Assembly (NCBI GenBank): GCA_900547955.1
Contig: URIR01000001.1
Span: 6,146-70,145 of the forward strand
Length of the DNA stretch: 64,000 nt
Source of the DNA: an uncultured Eubacteriales bacterium
GTDB lineage: Bacteria > Bacillota > Clostridia > Christensenellales > QALW01
Reading direction: 5' to 3'
The notes beneath the pieces are model-generated. The model had not been told where the DNA came from. It made no database searches and saw only the letters and a list, made by a program, of their open reading frames with translations. The position numbers and the translations under genes are program-made. Below are positions 8,406 to 18,070 of this stretch, piece after piece; within the stretch, counting starts at the first letter, position 1; each line of letters opens with the position of its first letter.

Positions 8406-8942
8406 TTATCTCCTTCTTCCCCCAAATCCTGCCGTAGATATGATTTTAAATATATCACGGTCTGCATCTAATAGCTCCTCGATAATGTTTCCAAACATAT
8501 AGGCATCGGCACGATTGGTCTTTTCCTGTACAGCCAATAATTCCATCAAAACATAAAGAAACTCAACATCATATTCACCAAAAGCATTTAAGCTGAAAAA
8601 CTGAGCAATATCAATGTCGTTTTCGCCATTTTTGATTAGTGCCTTTAGCGTTTCATAATCATTATTGGTTAGTGGAACACAAGATTTCCAGCAATTTTGA
8701 ATAGCCAGCAAATATCTCTTTGCAAGAATTTCATTCCCCTGCATTTTCATCAATACATCTACTACCCAATGAATGTGCTTAGGAGTACGGATACGTGTAC
8801 TGTCTTTTTTGTACTTGATTACAATATCAAATTGCGATAAATTCCCTTGAAAAACATAGATAATATAATCTGTAAAGATAAATTCTATAATCGCTTTTTT
8901 AGTATCGTTTTCGATAAGTTGACTTCCTTTTCTGATTTCCAT
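8406..8942 (-). CDS. Hypothetical 178-aa protein embedded in the R-M operon
   Basis: Clean ORF, tightly packed between the methylase and the endonuclease and translationally coupled to the endonuclease. I recognise no motif. Confidence 0.6.
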   Translation of the reverse strand: MEIRKGSQLIENDTKKAIIEFIFTDYIIYVFQGNLSQFDIVIKYKKDSTRIRTPKHIHWVVDVLMKMQGNEILAKRYLLAIQNCWKSCVPLTNNDYETLKALIKNGENDIDIAQFFSLNAFGEYDVEFLYVLMELLAVQEKTNRADAYMFGNIIEELLDADRDIFKIISTAGFGGRRR

Positions 8943-8953
8943 ATATAAACCCC

Positions 8954-10024
8954 TTAAAAATTAGAAATAAGCAATTCCTTGATTTTACCCCTTGCCTCGC
9001 TGTTGCAGTTAATCATACGGGTAGCTTCAACACGCTTGATTCTATGAGACGAATAAATGTTATCGAAGAAGTTATCTTCGGTGTTAGAATTCTTGGGATC
9101 GGAATTGCTAATTACGACCTTTGCACCTTTTCTGTGCATATTATCAACGAATTTTGCGAGCTCAATCTGTTTTTCATCGTTAAACAAATTTTCCGTGTAT
9201 GCAGTAAAGCTCGCAGTATCTGTTATGGGGCGATATGGAGGGTCAAAATAAACGAAAGTATTGGCATCAATGAAAGCAGCTGATTCTCTATAGTCTCCGC
9301 ACACAATGTTTACCGTTTGCAGTTTTTCTGACACCGCTCTGAGATTTTCTTCATCACAAATCGAAGGATTTTTGTAAGCTCCCATAGGTACATTAAACAA
9401 GCCTTTTTTATTGACTCGGTATAAGCCGTTAAAGCAAGTTTTATTAAGAAAAATCATCAACGCTGCCTTTTCAATATTTACAATCTCGTTTCCATTGACT
9501 TTCAAATTATTAAAACGCTCCCGCTTTGCCAAGTAATATGCTTTGCGATGCTCCGTATCCATTGGAACAAACTCACTTTGCATGATTGCAAGCGTAAAAA
9601 CAAGATCATATATGTCGTCACGAATAATGCGATAGGCATTAATTAGTTCTGCATTAATGTCGCTGATATACACTTCCTTCAAATCGTACTTGCTTAAAAT
9701 ATCAAAAAGCACGGCGCCACCGCCTACAAATGGCTCGGCATACTTAGTAATTTTTTTATGTCCAAAGGGATAGTACTTTTCAATTTCGGACAGAAGCTGT
9801 CCTTTGCCACCCGCCCATTTTAAGAACGGTTTAACTTTACCACTATCCTGTTGCAAATATCGAGTAGTCCTCGCATCGATTGGTTTTTCTGCCGTAGTAG
9901 GTATGAGCCACGTATTACCCACCATTTTGGCATTAGCTATTCTGTTCTCCGAACAAAGAATAGCAACGCGTCTTTGTGATACCCCCCATTTATCAGCAGC
10001 TTCTCTTGCGGACATGTATTCCAT
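8954..10024 (-). CDS. Dam-type (D12 class) N6-adenine DNA methyltransferase with an N-terminal HTH domain
   Basis: N-terminus MSAREAADKWGVSQRRVAILCSENRI (HTH). Then KPFLKWAGGKGQLL, EPFVGGGAV and YFDPPY, the Dam family motifs. Confidence 0.9.
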   Translation of the reverse strand: MEYMSAREAADKWGVSQRRVAILCSENRIANAKMVGNTWLIPTTAEKPIDARTTRYLQQDSGKVKPFLKWAGGKGQLLSEIEKYYPFGHKKITKYAEPFVGGGAVLFDILSKYDLKEVYISDINAELINAYRIIRDDIYDLVFTLAIMQSEFVPMDTEHRKAYYLAKRERFNNLKVNGNEIVNIEKAALMIFLNKTCFNGLYRVNKKGLFNVPMGAYKNPSICDEENLRAVSEKLQTVNIVCGDYRESAAFIDANTFVYFDPPYRPITDTASFTAYTENLFNDEKQIELAKFVDNMHRKGAKVVISNSDPKNSNTEDNFFDNIYSSHRIKRVEATRMINCNSEARGKIKELLISNF

Positions 10025-10054
10025 AACGTGCCTCCTGTTTTAACGATAATATTA

Positions 10055-10072
10055 TATTCGAAATCTCGAATA
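10055..10072. promoter_or_regulatory. Palindrome TATTCGA-aatc-TCGAATA upstream of the HTH-methylase gene; candidate operator
   Basis: Perfect 7-bp inverted repeat with a 4-nt spacer, 30-50 nt upstream of the methylase start. Confidence 0.35.
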
Positions 10073-10124
10073 ATAGCAATACTGATTTTCTAAAAGCCAC
10101 AAATAATTTTCATTTTGACTTTAA

Positions 10125-10292
10125 GCTATATGTTGCCAAGACAAGGGCATTGTACATTGTGGGGAGTGCCCGGATATTCCGTGCGAATTATTGACGCAAT
10201 ATTCCTGTGCTCCTGAGCATGGTGATACTCCTCGGAGCGCCAGAATTGAGCAGTGCAAGCGGTGGTATGCCGAGCCGAAAGGAGAAAGATAA
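10125..10292 (+). pseudogene. 5'-truncated DUF3795-like zinc-binding protein fragment
   Basis: AICCQDKGIVHCGECPDIPCELLTQYSCAPEHGDTPRSARIEQCKRWY has no start codon and a stop lies immediately upstream. It sits at the GC-content step at the right edge of the low-GC block. Confidence 0.5.
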
Positions 10293-10539
10293 AATGGATA
10301 CAAAGATAATCTCTCTCCGTATGGAGCGCTAGTGCTTCATTCATAAAGCGGATGAAGAAGAATACATAAAATTATATCGGGATACCCAGCCTGGACAAAA
10401 TGTATATTGGAATGGATTCGGACAGCCACCGACGCTTTCTTTTCGTGCTGATTTTGATGATATTGAATTTAATCGTGACCGTCAGCTAAAATGAAAACTG
10501 ATAAAAGGCAGATTTTTCGGCGGCAATTTAGGCTGGATT

Positions 10540-11289
10540 GTGCCGGAAGATATGGAGCTGTTTATCGCTCTCTATCGCAAGCCGCTTGTAAAGCCAACTG
10601 AAATACAGCTGCGGGTCTTGGAGTTTATTAAACGGGAGGGACCGCTCAACATCCAGCAAATCAAAGAAGAAACCGGATTGCTTGTGAAAGAAATCACCCC
10701 CGCTCTTCACCGTTTGCAAGAGGCTTTTTTGATATATGAAGACCAATATGACGGTGAGTGGGACAGAGGATGGTATAAATTTGTTGGAATGTTCCCGCAA
10801 GTAAATTCCGATAAGGTTTCAAGACACAAAGCGCTCAAAATCGTATTGCAAAGATTCGCGTATCGTCTTGTATGGTTTGATACGGCGATGGCTAAATCAT
10901 TCTATAAGATTCCTGAAAAAGAAATAAAACTGTCTGTTAATGAACTGGTTGCTGAAGGCAGATTGGTTTTGTCAGGCTCAGGTTATATGCTGAAGAGTGA
11001 TGCTGACCTGCTCGAAAATTACGAGCCTCAGGTTATGAACTTCGTTTATGCGATTCACCGCAACGACTTTCTTTATAAGGTTCATGAGCACGTTCTGAAG
11101 GAGATGGCTAAGGAATTGACGAAAGGTCTTGAATATGATCACGAATCTCTGCAATACCTGTTGATTGACGGAGAATTCCACGGTGCGTCAGTCGGTCACT
11201 TTCGAAACGGTCCGTATGATCTCAATGATGTTGTTTGTGATTTGCCGAAAGTCGAAAAGAAGAAATTATCGAGGCAATTCGTGCTGTAA
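10540..11289 (+). CDS. Winged-helix domain protein, possibly YcaQ/AlkZ-like (DUF1006); possibly truncated
   Basis: IQLRVLEFIKREGPLNIQQIKEETGLLVKEITPALHRLQEAFLIYE has a wHTH pattern. There is no clear start codon or RBS (GTG 10540 or ATG 10552). Confidence 0.4.
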   Translation: MPEDMELFIALYRKPLVKPTEIQLRVLEFIKREGPLNIQQIKEETGLLVKEITPALHRLQEAFLIYEDQYDGEWDRGWYKFVGMFPQVNSDKVSRHKALKIVLQRFAYRLVWFDTAMAKSFYKIPEKEIKLSVNELVAEGRLVLSGSGYMLKSDADLLENYEPQVMNFVYAIHRNDFLYKVHEHVLKEMAKELTKGLEYDHESLQYLLIDGEFHGASVGHFRNGPYDLNDVVCDLPKVEKKKLSRQFVL

Positions 11290-11335
11290 ACTATGGTAAA
11301 AGTCCCAAACGGTTTATGGAAAAGGAATTATAAGA

Positions 11336-11842
11336 ATGAGCCAAGGACTGATTACTATTGTTGGAGCAAATGGAGCCGGAAAAACCACAACATCAAAATC
11401 ATTACTGCTGATGTGTCTGCATAGTGCATATGTGGATGCAGATTGGTGTAGAGCCATCAATCCATTTCAATTTACTAAAGCGACTAAAAAAACGATAACA
11501 AACAATATTATTTGCTTAATTAGAAACTATTTATTATGCGATGATATCGAAACCGTTATCTTCCACTATGGTTTTTATGGAGAAAGAAAAGCGCTCTATG
11601 ATGAAGTGATGAATTGCTTAAGAAATGAGGGGATAATTTTCGATGAATACATTGTTGCATTAAAATGTGAGTATGACGAAAACAAAAGACGTTCTATTAA
11701 AGATAACAGAGATCCTGAACGTGTAGAGCGAGGAATGAGAAATACGTTTAATTTCTATGATGGTTTTGGTTATCCTATAATAGACACAATATTTCTTTTT
11801 TCAGATCAAGTTGCTGAAAAAATCATAGAGACGTTCTTCTAA
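11336..11842 (+). CDS. P-loop NTPase / kinase-like protein
   Basis: Walker A motif IVGANGAGKTTT at the N-terminus. 168 aa, low GC. Confidence 0.55.
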   Translation: MSQGLITIVGANGAGKTTTSKSLLLMCLHSAYVDADWCRAINPFQFTKATKKTITNNIICLIRNYLLCDDIETVIFHYGFYGERKALYDEVMNCLRNEGIIFDEYIVALKCEYDENKRRSIKDNRDPERVERGMRNTFNFYDGFGYPIIDTIFLFSDQVAEKIIETFF

Positions 11843-11944
11843 TGAATTATTCTCGCTCAAGGAAATTTAGATATCAAATCGGGCAATAGTGAAATATAAC
11901 TTCATTAGATGATATCGCACCGCTTTTGAAAAATACGCAGATAA

Positions 11945-11985
11945 GCACAAAGTCCGCAGATTCACTAATTCTGCGGACTTTGTGC
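11945..11985. terminator. 15-bp perfect hairpin (GCACAAAGTCCGCAG / CTGCGGACTTTGTGC) without a clear U-tract
   Basis: Read directly. It lies between the convergent P-loop gene and guaA. Confidence 0.4.
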
Positions 11986-12031
11986 CTCTCAATCGGTCAC
12001 CTTTGAAAGTATCCTTATGGGAACCCTGTAT

Positions 12032-12111
12032 TTATGCGGGTTTGCGGCGTTTTGACTACTATTCCCACTTTGTTATCAAAAGACTTCTCCGAACGCCGCA
12101 AACCCGCATAA
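12032..12111. repeat. 20-bp perfect inverted repeat (TTATGCGGGTTTGCGGCGTT ... AACGCCGCAAACCCGCATAA) with a 40-nt spacer
   Basis: Read directly. The spacer contains a degenerate copy of the guaA 3' terminus (ATTCCCACT). Confidence 0.6.
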
Positions 12112-12137
12112 GCACTAGGTTTTTACGGTGTTCCGTT

Positions 12138-13682
12138 TTATTCCCACTCTATTGTACCCGGCGGTTTAGAAGTAATATCATAGACGACACGGTTTACGCC
12201 GGGGACTTCGTTTATTATGCGGCTGGAAAGGGTGCGCATTAGGGGATAGGGGAGTTCGGCAAATTCTACGGTCATGGCATCCTTGCTGGTAACGGCGCGT
12301 ATGGCAATACAATAATCATATGTGCGCTCGTCGCCCATTACGCCGACTGAATTAACGCCGGTAAATACTGTAAAATACTGCCATATATCTTTATCCAGAC
12401 CCGCCTTAGCGACTTCTTCGCGCAGTATAGCGTCGCTTTCGCGCACAATACGCAGCCGGTCGGGGGTTATTTCTCCTATAATTCTTATGGCCAGGCCGGG
12501 GCCGGGGAAGGGCTGACGCCATACCAGCTCGCGTGGAATACCCATGCTTTCTCCTAATTCGCGCACTTCGTCTTTAAAGAGCAAGCGCAGAGGCTCTACT
12601 ATGCCTTTAAAGCGGACGTCCTTAGGAAGTCCTCCTACGTTATGATGGCTTTTTATTACCGCGGCTTGTCCAAAGCCGCTTTCGATAACATCGGGATATA
12701 TGGTGCCCTGGACCAGATAATCGGCGCCGATTTTATTTGATTCCTCTTCAAACACTCGGATGAATTCTTCTCCTATTATCTTGCGCTTTTTTTCCGGGTC
12801 GGTAACTCCCTCGAGCTTAGAGAGAAAGCGTTCGCGGGCGTCTACCATTATAATTTTAAGGCCCAGCTTGCCTCCAAAATAATCCATAACCTCTTGAGCT
12901 TCATTTTTGCGCAGCAGGCCGTGGTCAACAAAGATGCAGGTAAGCTTGTCGCCTACAGCCTTATGCACTAATACCGAGGCGACAGAAGAATCTACGCCGC
13001 CTGAAAGACCGCTTACTACCGTGCTGCTGCCAACCTGCTCGCGTATATTTTCTATAAGCTCGTCAGCAAGCCCCGCGGCGCTCCATGAACCCTCGCAGCC
13101 GCAGATATTATATATAAAATTACTCAACATCCTAAAGCCCTGCCGCGTATGATTGACTTCGGGATGAAACTGCATGCCGTAGAGTTTTTGCTCATCATCC
13201 GCAACGGCGGCGTTTGCGCAGTGCGGTGTAGCCGCTATGGAGACAAAACCTGTCGGCAGCTCTGAAACGTAATCGTTATGGTTCATCCATACTACTGTTT
13301 CGCGGGCTATTCCGTCAAACAGGGGATGCTCTTTAACCGACATATCAGTAAAGCCGAATTCAGGGATAGACGCAGCCTGCACCTTGCCGTCCAGCATATG
13401 AGCCATTAGCTGCATGCCGTAGCATATTCCCAGAACGGGGACGCCAAGGGAGAAAACCTCCTTTGAGCAGCGCAGCGCATCGGGCGCGTAAACGCTGTTG
13501 GGGCCGCCTGTAAGGATAATTCCCTTAAGTTCTGGGCCGACATAATCAGAAAAGGGAGTGTTGCAGGGTATTACCTCGCTGTATACACCGGCCTCTCTTA
13601 TGCGGCGGGCTATAAGCTGATTATATTGTCCGCCGAAATCTAAAACGGCTATAAATTCCTTTGCCGGCTTTCTTTCTTTCAT
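12138..13682 (-). CDS. guaA: GMP synthase (glutamine-hydrolysing)
   Basis: Full-length match to the GuaA pattern: GATase domain, [10 protein letters not shown]-loop, C-terminal ...GTIEWE. Confidence 0.97.
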   Translation of the reverse strand: MKERKPAKEFIAVLDFGGQYNQLIARRIREAGVYSEVIPCNTPFSDYVGPELKGIILTGGPNSVYAPDALRCSKEVFSLGVPVLGICYGMQLMAHMLDGKVQAASIPEFGFTDMSVKEHPLFDGIARETVVWMNHNDYVSELPTGFVSIAATPHCANAAVADDEQKLYGMQFHPEVNHTRQGFRMLSNFIYNICGCEGSWSAAGLADELIENIREQVGSSTVVSGLSGGVDSSVASVLVHKAVGDKLTCIFVDHGLLRKNEAQEVMDYFGGKLGLKIIMVDARERFLSKLEGVTDPEKKRKIIGEEFIRVFEEESNKIGADYLVQGTIYPDVIESGFGQAAVIKSHHNVGGLPKDVRFKGIVEPLRLLFKDEVRELGESMGIPRELVWRQPFPGPGLAIRIIGEITPDRLRIVRESDAILREEVAKAGLDKDIWQYFTVFTGVNSVGVMGDERTYDYCIAIRAVTSKDAMTVEFAELPYPLMRTLSSRIINEVPGVNRVVYDITSKPPGTIEWE

Positions 13683-15301
13683 TTAGAGGCCTCCTTTGAG
13701 TTTTTATATTCTATTGCCGCTCCAATTAAATCTCTGAATAATGGGTGCGGCCGGTTGGGCCGGGATTTAAATTCAGGATGGAACTGTACTCCTACGAACC
13801 AGGGATGGTCTTTTATTTCTACTATTTCTACTAAATTGCGTTCAGGATTGACACCTGCAGCCTGCATGCCTGCGTTTGCAAGCTGTTCTTTAAAGTTATT
13901 ATTAAATTCATAGCGGTGACGGTGCCGTTCGCTTATTTCGTCCGCCTGATACGCTTTATATGTATGGCTGTTTTTATCCACGATTTCGCAGCGGCATTGT
14001 CCCAGCCGCATAGTGCCGCCCATTTTATCCAAATTTGCCTGGTCGGGCATAAGGTCTATAACGGGGTAAGGGGTGCTGGGGTCTACTTCAGTCGTATGAG
14101 CGCCGCGCAGGTTAAGCACATTGCGCGCATATTCAATTACGGCCATCTGCATGCCCAGGCAGATGCCTAGGAAAGGCACTTTGTTTTCGCGCGCGTAGCG
14201 TACTATTTCTATTTTGCCTTCTATGCCGCGGCTGCCGAAGCCGCCGGGAATTAATATGCCGTCTACGTCGGCAAAGACCTGGTTTACATTGTCCTGATTT
14301 ATTTCATCCGTGGCCAGCCACTTTATTTTAACACGCGTACTGTGCGCTATGCCGCCGTGAGTAAGAGCCTCGGCTACGCTCAGATATGCGTCGTGCAGGC
14401 CGATGTATTTGCCTGCAAGAGCTATGCATACCTCTTGCTTTGGATATTTATGGCGGTTGACCATCTCGGTCCATTCGGTTAAATCAGGCTGGGGCAATTC
14501 CATGCTGAGCAGCTTGCATACCTGTGTGTCCAGTCCTTCTTTGTGCAGAGCCAGGGGTACTTCGTAGAGTGTTGGTACGTCCCGGTTTTCTATAATATTT
14601 TCGGGCAGCACATTGCAGAAAAGGGCTATTTTATCCTTTTGCTCTTTAGGAATGGGATTTTCAGTACGGCATACTATTATATCGGGCTGTATTCCCAGTC
14701 CCAAAAGCTCCTTGACCGAATGCTGCGTGGGCTTAGTTTTAATTTCGCCGCTGGCAGCCAGATAGGGAACAAGGGTAACGTGTATGTAAAGGGAATTGCG
14801 CACGCCTACCTCATATTTTATCTGGCGTATAGCCTCTAAAAAGGGCTGGCTTTCAATATCGCCTACGGTACCGCCTATTTCAGTTATGATTACGTCTACG
14901 CTTTTATCCTGGCTGGCTTTTAGAATGCGTCCCTTTATTTCATTGGTTATATGGGGGATAACCTGTACTGTTCCGCCCAGATATCCTCCGCTGCGTTCCC
15001 GTTCAATTACCGTTTGATAAACTCTGCCGGTAGTTACATTGCTGTTTTGGGAGAGATTTTCGTCTATAAATCTCTCGTAATGGCCTAAATCCAAATCAGT
15101 TTCGGCTCCATCGTCCGTCACAAACACCTCGCCGTGCTGATAGGGATTCATTGTGCCAGGATCCACGTTTATGTATGGATCAAATTTCTGAATTACAACC
15201 TTAAGCCCGCGGCATTTAAGCAGACGCCCGAGAGAGGCCGCCGTGATGCCCTTGCCCAGGCTGGAAACCACCCCGCCCGTTATAAATACATATTTAGCCA
15301 T
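13679..15301 (-). CDS. pyrG: CTP synthase
   Basis: [19 protein letters not shown]..., C-terminal GATase with GICLGMQ. Its stop overlaps the guaA start (ATGA). Confidence 0.97.
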   Translation of the reverse strand: MAKYVFITGGVVSSLGKGITAASLGRLLKCRGLKVVIQKFDPYINVDPGTMNPYQHGEVFVTDDGAETDLDLGHYERFIDENLSQNSNVTTGRVYQTVIERERSGGYLGGTVQVIPHITNEIKGRILKASQDKSVDVIITEIGGTVGDIESQPFLEAIRQIKYEVGVRNSLYIHVTLVPYLAASGEIKTKPTQHSVKELLGLGIQPDIIVCRTENPIPKEQKDKIALFCNVLPENIIENRDVPTLYEVPLALHKEGLDTQVCKLLSMELPQPDLTEWTEMVNRHKYPKQEVCIALAGKYIGLHDAYLSVAEALTHGGIAHSTRVKIKWLATDEINQDNVNQVFADVDGILIPGGFGSRGIEGKIEIVRYARENKVPFLGICLGMQMAVIEYARNVLNLRGAHTTEVDPSTPYPVIDLMPDQANLDKMGGTMRLGQCRCEIVDKNSHTYKAYQADEISERHRHRYEFNNNFKEQLANAGMQAAGVNPERNLVEIVEIKDHPWFVGVQFHPEFKSRPNRPHPLFRDLIGAAIEYKNSKEASK

Positions 15302-15315
15302 TGTAATTTTCCCCC

Positions 15316-16743
15316 TTATACCTTTAATTCGCTTTCGCCTATCAAGCCGGTAAAATCGCTTAACGCAGGCTTAACATAGCCGGCTAAAAATTCGTCCACC
15401 TGTTCGGGCGCGCGGCCGATATAATTTTCCGCCTTCATTACGCCTTTTATATCTTCCTCGCTCATTTTAAATGCGCTGTCTTTGGCTATGCGGGAGATAA
15501 GGTCGCAGTCCCCGCCCTCCTCCTTTATACGCCGGGCCGCCTCCATTGAATGCACCCTTATGCGCTCGTGCAGCTCCTGACGGTCTCCTCCTCGGCGCAC
15601 GCCTTCCATTAAGATATTTTCAGTAGCGATAAAGGGCAAATTTTCATTAAGACGCTTTTGTATTACCTTGGGATATACAATCATTCCGCCGGCAATGTTT
15701 ATCACTATTTTTAAAACTGCGTCTGTGGCTAAAAAAGCCTCGGCTACTGCTATACGGCGGTTAGCAGAATCATCCAGGGTCCGTTCAAGCCACTGAGTGC
15801 TGGCCGTTAGAGCGGGGTTAAGCGCGTCTGTCATTACATAGCGCGCTAAAGAGCATATGCGCTCGCTGCGCATGGGATTGCGCTTATATGCCATTGCCGA
15901 CGAGCCTACCTGGCTCTTTTCAAAAGGCTCCTCAACTTCCTTGAGGTTTTGCAGCAGCCTCAGGTCGCCTGCAAAGCGGTATGCACTCTGAGCTATGCCC
16001 GAGAGCACGTTCAAAACGCGGGAATCCTCTTTGCGCGGATACGTTTGGCCGGATACCGGGAACACGCTGTCAAAGCCCATTTTATGCGCGATTTTTTCTT
16101 CCAGCAGCTTTACCTTTTGGCTGTCGTTGTCAAAAAGCTCCATAAATGAGGCCTGTGTGCCGGTGGTACCCTTATTGCCAAGCAGGCGCATACCGCTCAG
16201 AACGTAATTTAAATCATTGAGGTCGCTTAAAAAATCCTGTATCCAAAGACATGCCCTTTTGCCTACGGTTGTGGGCTGGGCGGGCTGAAAATGGGTAAAG
16301 CCCAAAGTAGGAAGAGCGCGGTGCTCTTCGGCAAATTGAGCCAGGCCGCTTATGGCTGCCTGCAGCTTATTTTTAATAAGCTCAAGTCCCTGCTTCATTA
16401 TTATTATATCGGCGTTGTCCGTTACATAGCAGGAGGTGGCTCCCAGATGAATTATGCCTTTGGCCTTGGGACATACCAGCCCGTAGGCGTAAACATGAGC
16501 CATGACGTCGTGGCGTATTTCCTTTTCCTTGCGAGCAACCGCCTCAAAATCTATATTTTCTACATTGGCTTTAAGCTCGTCTACCTGCTCCTGGGTAATA
16601 TTAAGGCCCAGCTCCATTTCGCTTTGAGCCAGAGCTACCCAGAGCCGGCGGAAAGTCTGATATCTGCTGTTATCGCTGAATAGGGAAAGCATTTCCCTTG
16701 AAGCGTAACGAGAGCTCAAAGGGGAAGAATATTTATCGTGCAT
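15316..16743 (-). CDS. purB: Adenylosuccinate lyase
   Basis: [12 protein letters not shown]..., the [10 protein letters not shown] signature and a length of 475 aa. Confidence 0.95.
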   Translation of the reverse strand: MHDKYSSPLSSRYASREMLSLFSDNSRYQTFRRLWVALAQSEMELGLNITQEQVDELKANVENIDFEAVARKEKEIRHDVMAHVYAYGLVCPKAKGIIHLGATSCYVTDNADIIIMKQGLELIKNKLQAAISGLAQFAEEHRALPTLGFTHFQPAQPTTVGKRACLWIQDFLSDLNDLNYVLSGMRLLGNKGTTGTQASFMELFDNDSQKVKLLEEKIAHKMGFDSVFPVSGQTYPRKEDSRVLNVLSGIAQSAYRFAGDLRLLQNLKEVEEPFEKSQVGSSAMAYKRNPMRSERICSLARYVMTDALNPALTASTQWLERTLDDSANRRIAVAEAFLATDAVLKIVINIAGGMIVYPKVIQKRLNENLPFIATENILMEGVRRGGDRQELHERIRVHSMEAARRIKEEGGDCDLISRIAKDSAFKMSEEDIKGVMKAENYIGRAPEQVDEFLAGYVKPALSDFTGLIGESELKV

Positions 16744-16759
16744 TGTCGTTAATCTCCTT

Positions 16760-18034
16760 TCAGTGATAGATAATTTCGTCTCGGCCCGGCCCTACAGAAA
16801 TATGAGTTATGGGGCATTCAATATATTTTTCAATATATTCTATATAATTCCGCGCTTCCTGCGGCAATTTATCATACTGCGTTACCTTGCTTATGTCGGT
16901 GTTCCAGCCGGGCATGGTTATATAGACGGGTTCGGATTTTATAAGCTGAGGGGTAACGGGGAAATCCTTAACTATATTTTCTCCTATTTTATATCCTACG
17001 CAAAGGGGAATTTCAGTCATATAGGAGAGTACGTCCAGCTTGGTAAGACAGATGCAGTCGGCCCCCTGAAGCTTTGCGCCGTAGCGCGTGGCTACTAAAT
17101 CGATGGGGCCTACCCGCCTCGGCCTGCCTGTGGCGGCGCCGTATTCGTCGCCTGCCTGGCGCAGCTTTTCAGCTTTTTCGCCGTCCCATTCGCTTACGAA
17201 GGGGCCTTCTCCTACAGCGGTTGAATAGGCCTTGGCTATGCCCATAACCTTATCTACCTTTAAAAAGGGAGCGCCCGAGCCTATAGGCGCATATGCGGCC
17301 AGAGGCGTAGAAGAGGAGGTGTAGGGGTAAATACCGTAGTCGATATCCTTAAGCGCGCCCAGCTGTGCTTCAAACAGTATATTTTTGCCTTCCTTCTGCG
17401 CCTGAGCCAGTATAAGGCCCGTATCGGCTATATACTCCCTAAAGGGATAGCCGTATTTTTTAAGCCAGTCCATAACCTCTTCCAGGGTGTATTTTCTGCT
17501 GCCGTAAACTCCAGAAAGAAATAGATTTTTATATTCTATTAAATCGGATAACCGGCTTTTGAGATATTCTTCGTCCAGTAAATCACATACCTGAAGAGCC
17601 TTTTTCATATATTTGTCGCCGTAAACGGGCGCAATTCCGCGGCGGGTCGAGCCGTATTTTTTGCCGGCCAACCGCTCTTCTTCGCAGATATCCTGCTGCT
17701 TATGCCAGGGCAGGCAGATTATGGCGCGGTCGCTTATCTTGAAATTATCAGGGGTGATACGGATGCCCCGCTCGCGCAGGCCGGCAATTTCGTTGAAGAG
17801 GTGCTCTAAATCTATTACCGTTCCGCTTCCCAGAATATTCATTACATTTTCCCGGCAGATGCCCGAAGGCAGCAAATTAAGCTTAAAGGTGCCCATTTGA
17901 TTAACTACCGTGTGGCCTGCGTTGTTGCCGCCCTGATAGCGGCATACTACCTGAAAATCCTCCGCAACAAGGTCCACCATGCGGCCCTTGCCTTCGTCCC
18001 CCCAGGTTATGCCCACTATTGCCATTGTCGCCAT
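16760..18034 (-). CDS. purA: Adenylosuccinate synthase
   Basis: GITWGDEGKGRMVD and GGNNAGHTV. Start moved to the ATG at 18034 (RBS GGGAGG 7 nt upstream). Confidence 0.95.
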   Translation of the reverse strand: MATMAIVGITWGDEGKGRMVDLVAEDFQVVCRYQGGNNAGHTVVNQMGTFKLNLLPSGICRENVMNILGSGTVIDLEHLFNEIAGLRERGIRITPDNFKISDRAIICLPWHKQQDICEEERLAGKKYGSTRRGIAPVYGDKYMKKALQVCDLLDEEYLKSRLSDLIEYKNLFLSGVYGSRKYTLEEVMDWLKKYGYPFREYIADTGLILAQAQKEGKNILFEAQLGALKDIDYGIYPYTSSSTPLAAYAPIGSGAPFLKVDKVMGIAKAYSTAVGEGPFVSEWDGEKAEKLRQAGDEYGAATGRPRRVGPIDLVATRYGAKLQGADCICLTKLDVLSYMTEIPLCVGYKIGENIVKDFPVTPQLIKSEPVYITMPGWNTDISKVTQYDKLPQEARNYIEYIEKYIECPITHISVGPGRDEIIYH

Positions 18035-18070
18035 AAAAATACCTCCCAAATTAATGCTGTAATAATCGGG

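Noticed and set aside
10293-10493. ORF-like stretch MDTKIISLRMER(stop)CFIHKADEEEYIKLYRDTQPGQNVYWNGFGQ..., considered as a GNAT-like gene
   Set aside because: An in-frame TAG falls after 12 codons and the stretch is only about 65 codons in total. I treat it as a gene fragment and part of the island-edge debris, not as a feature in its own right.
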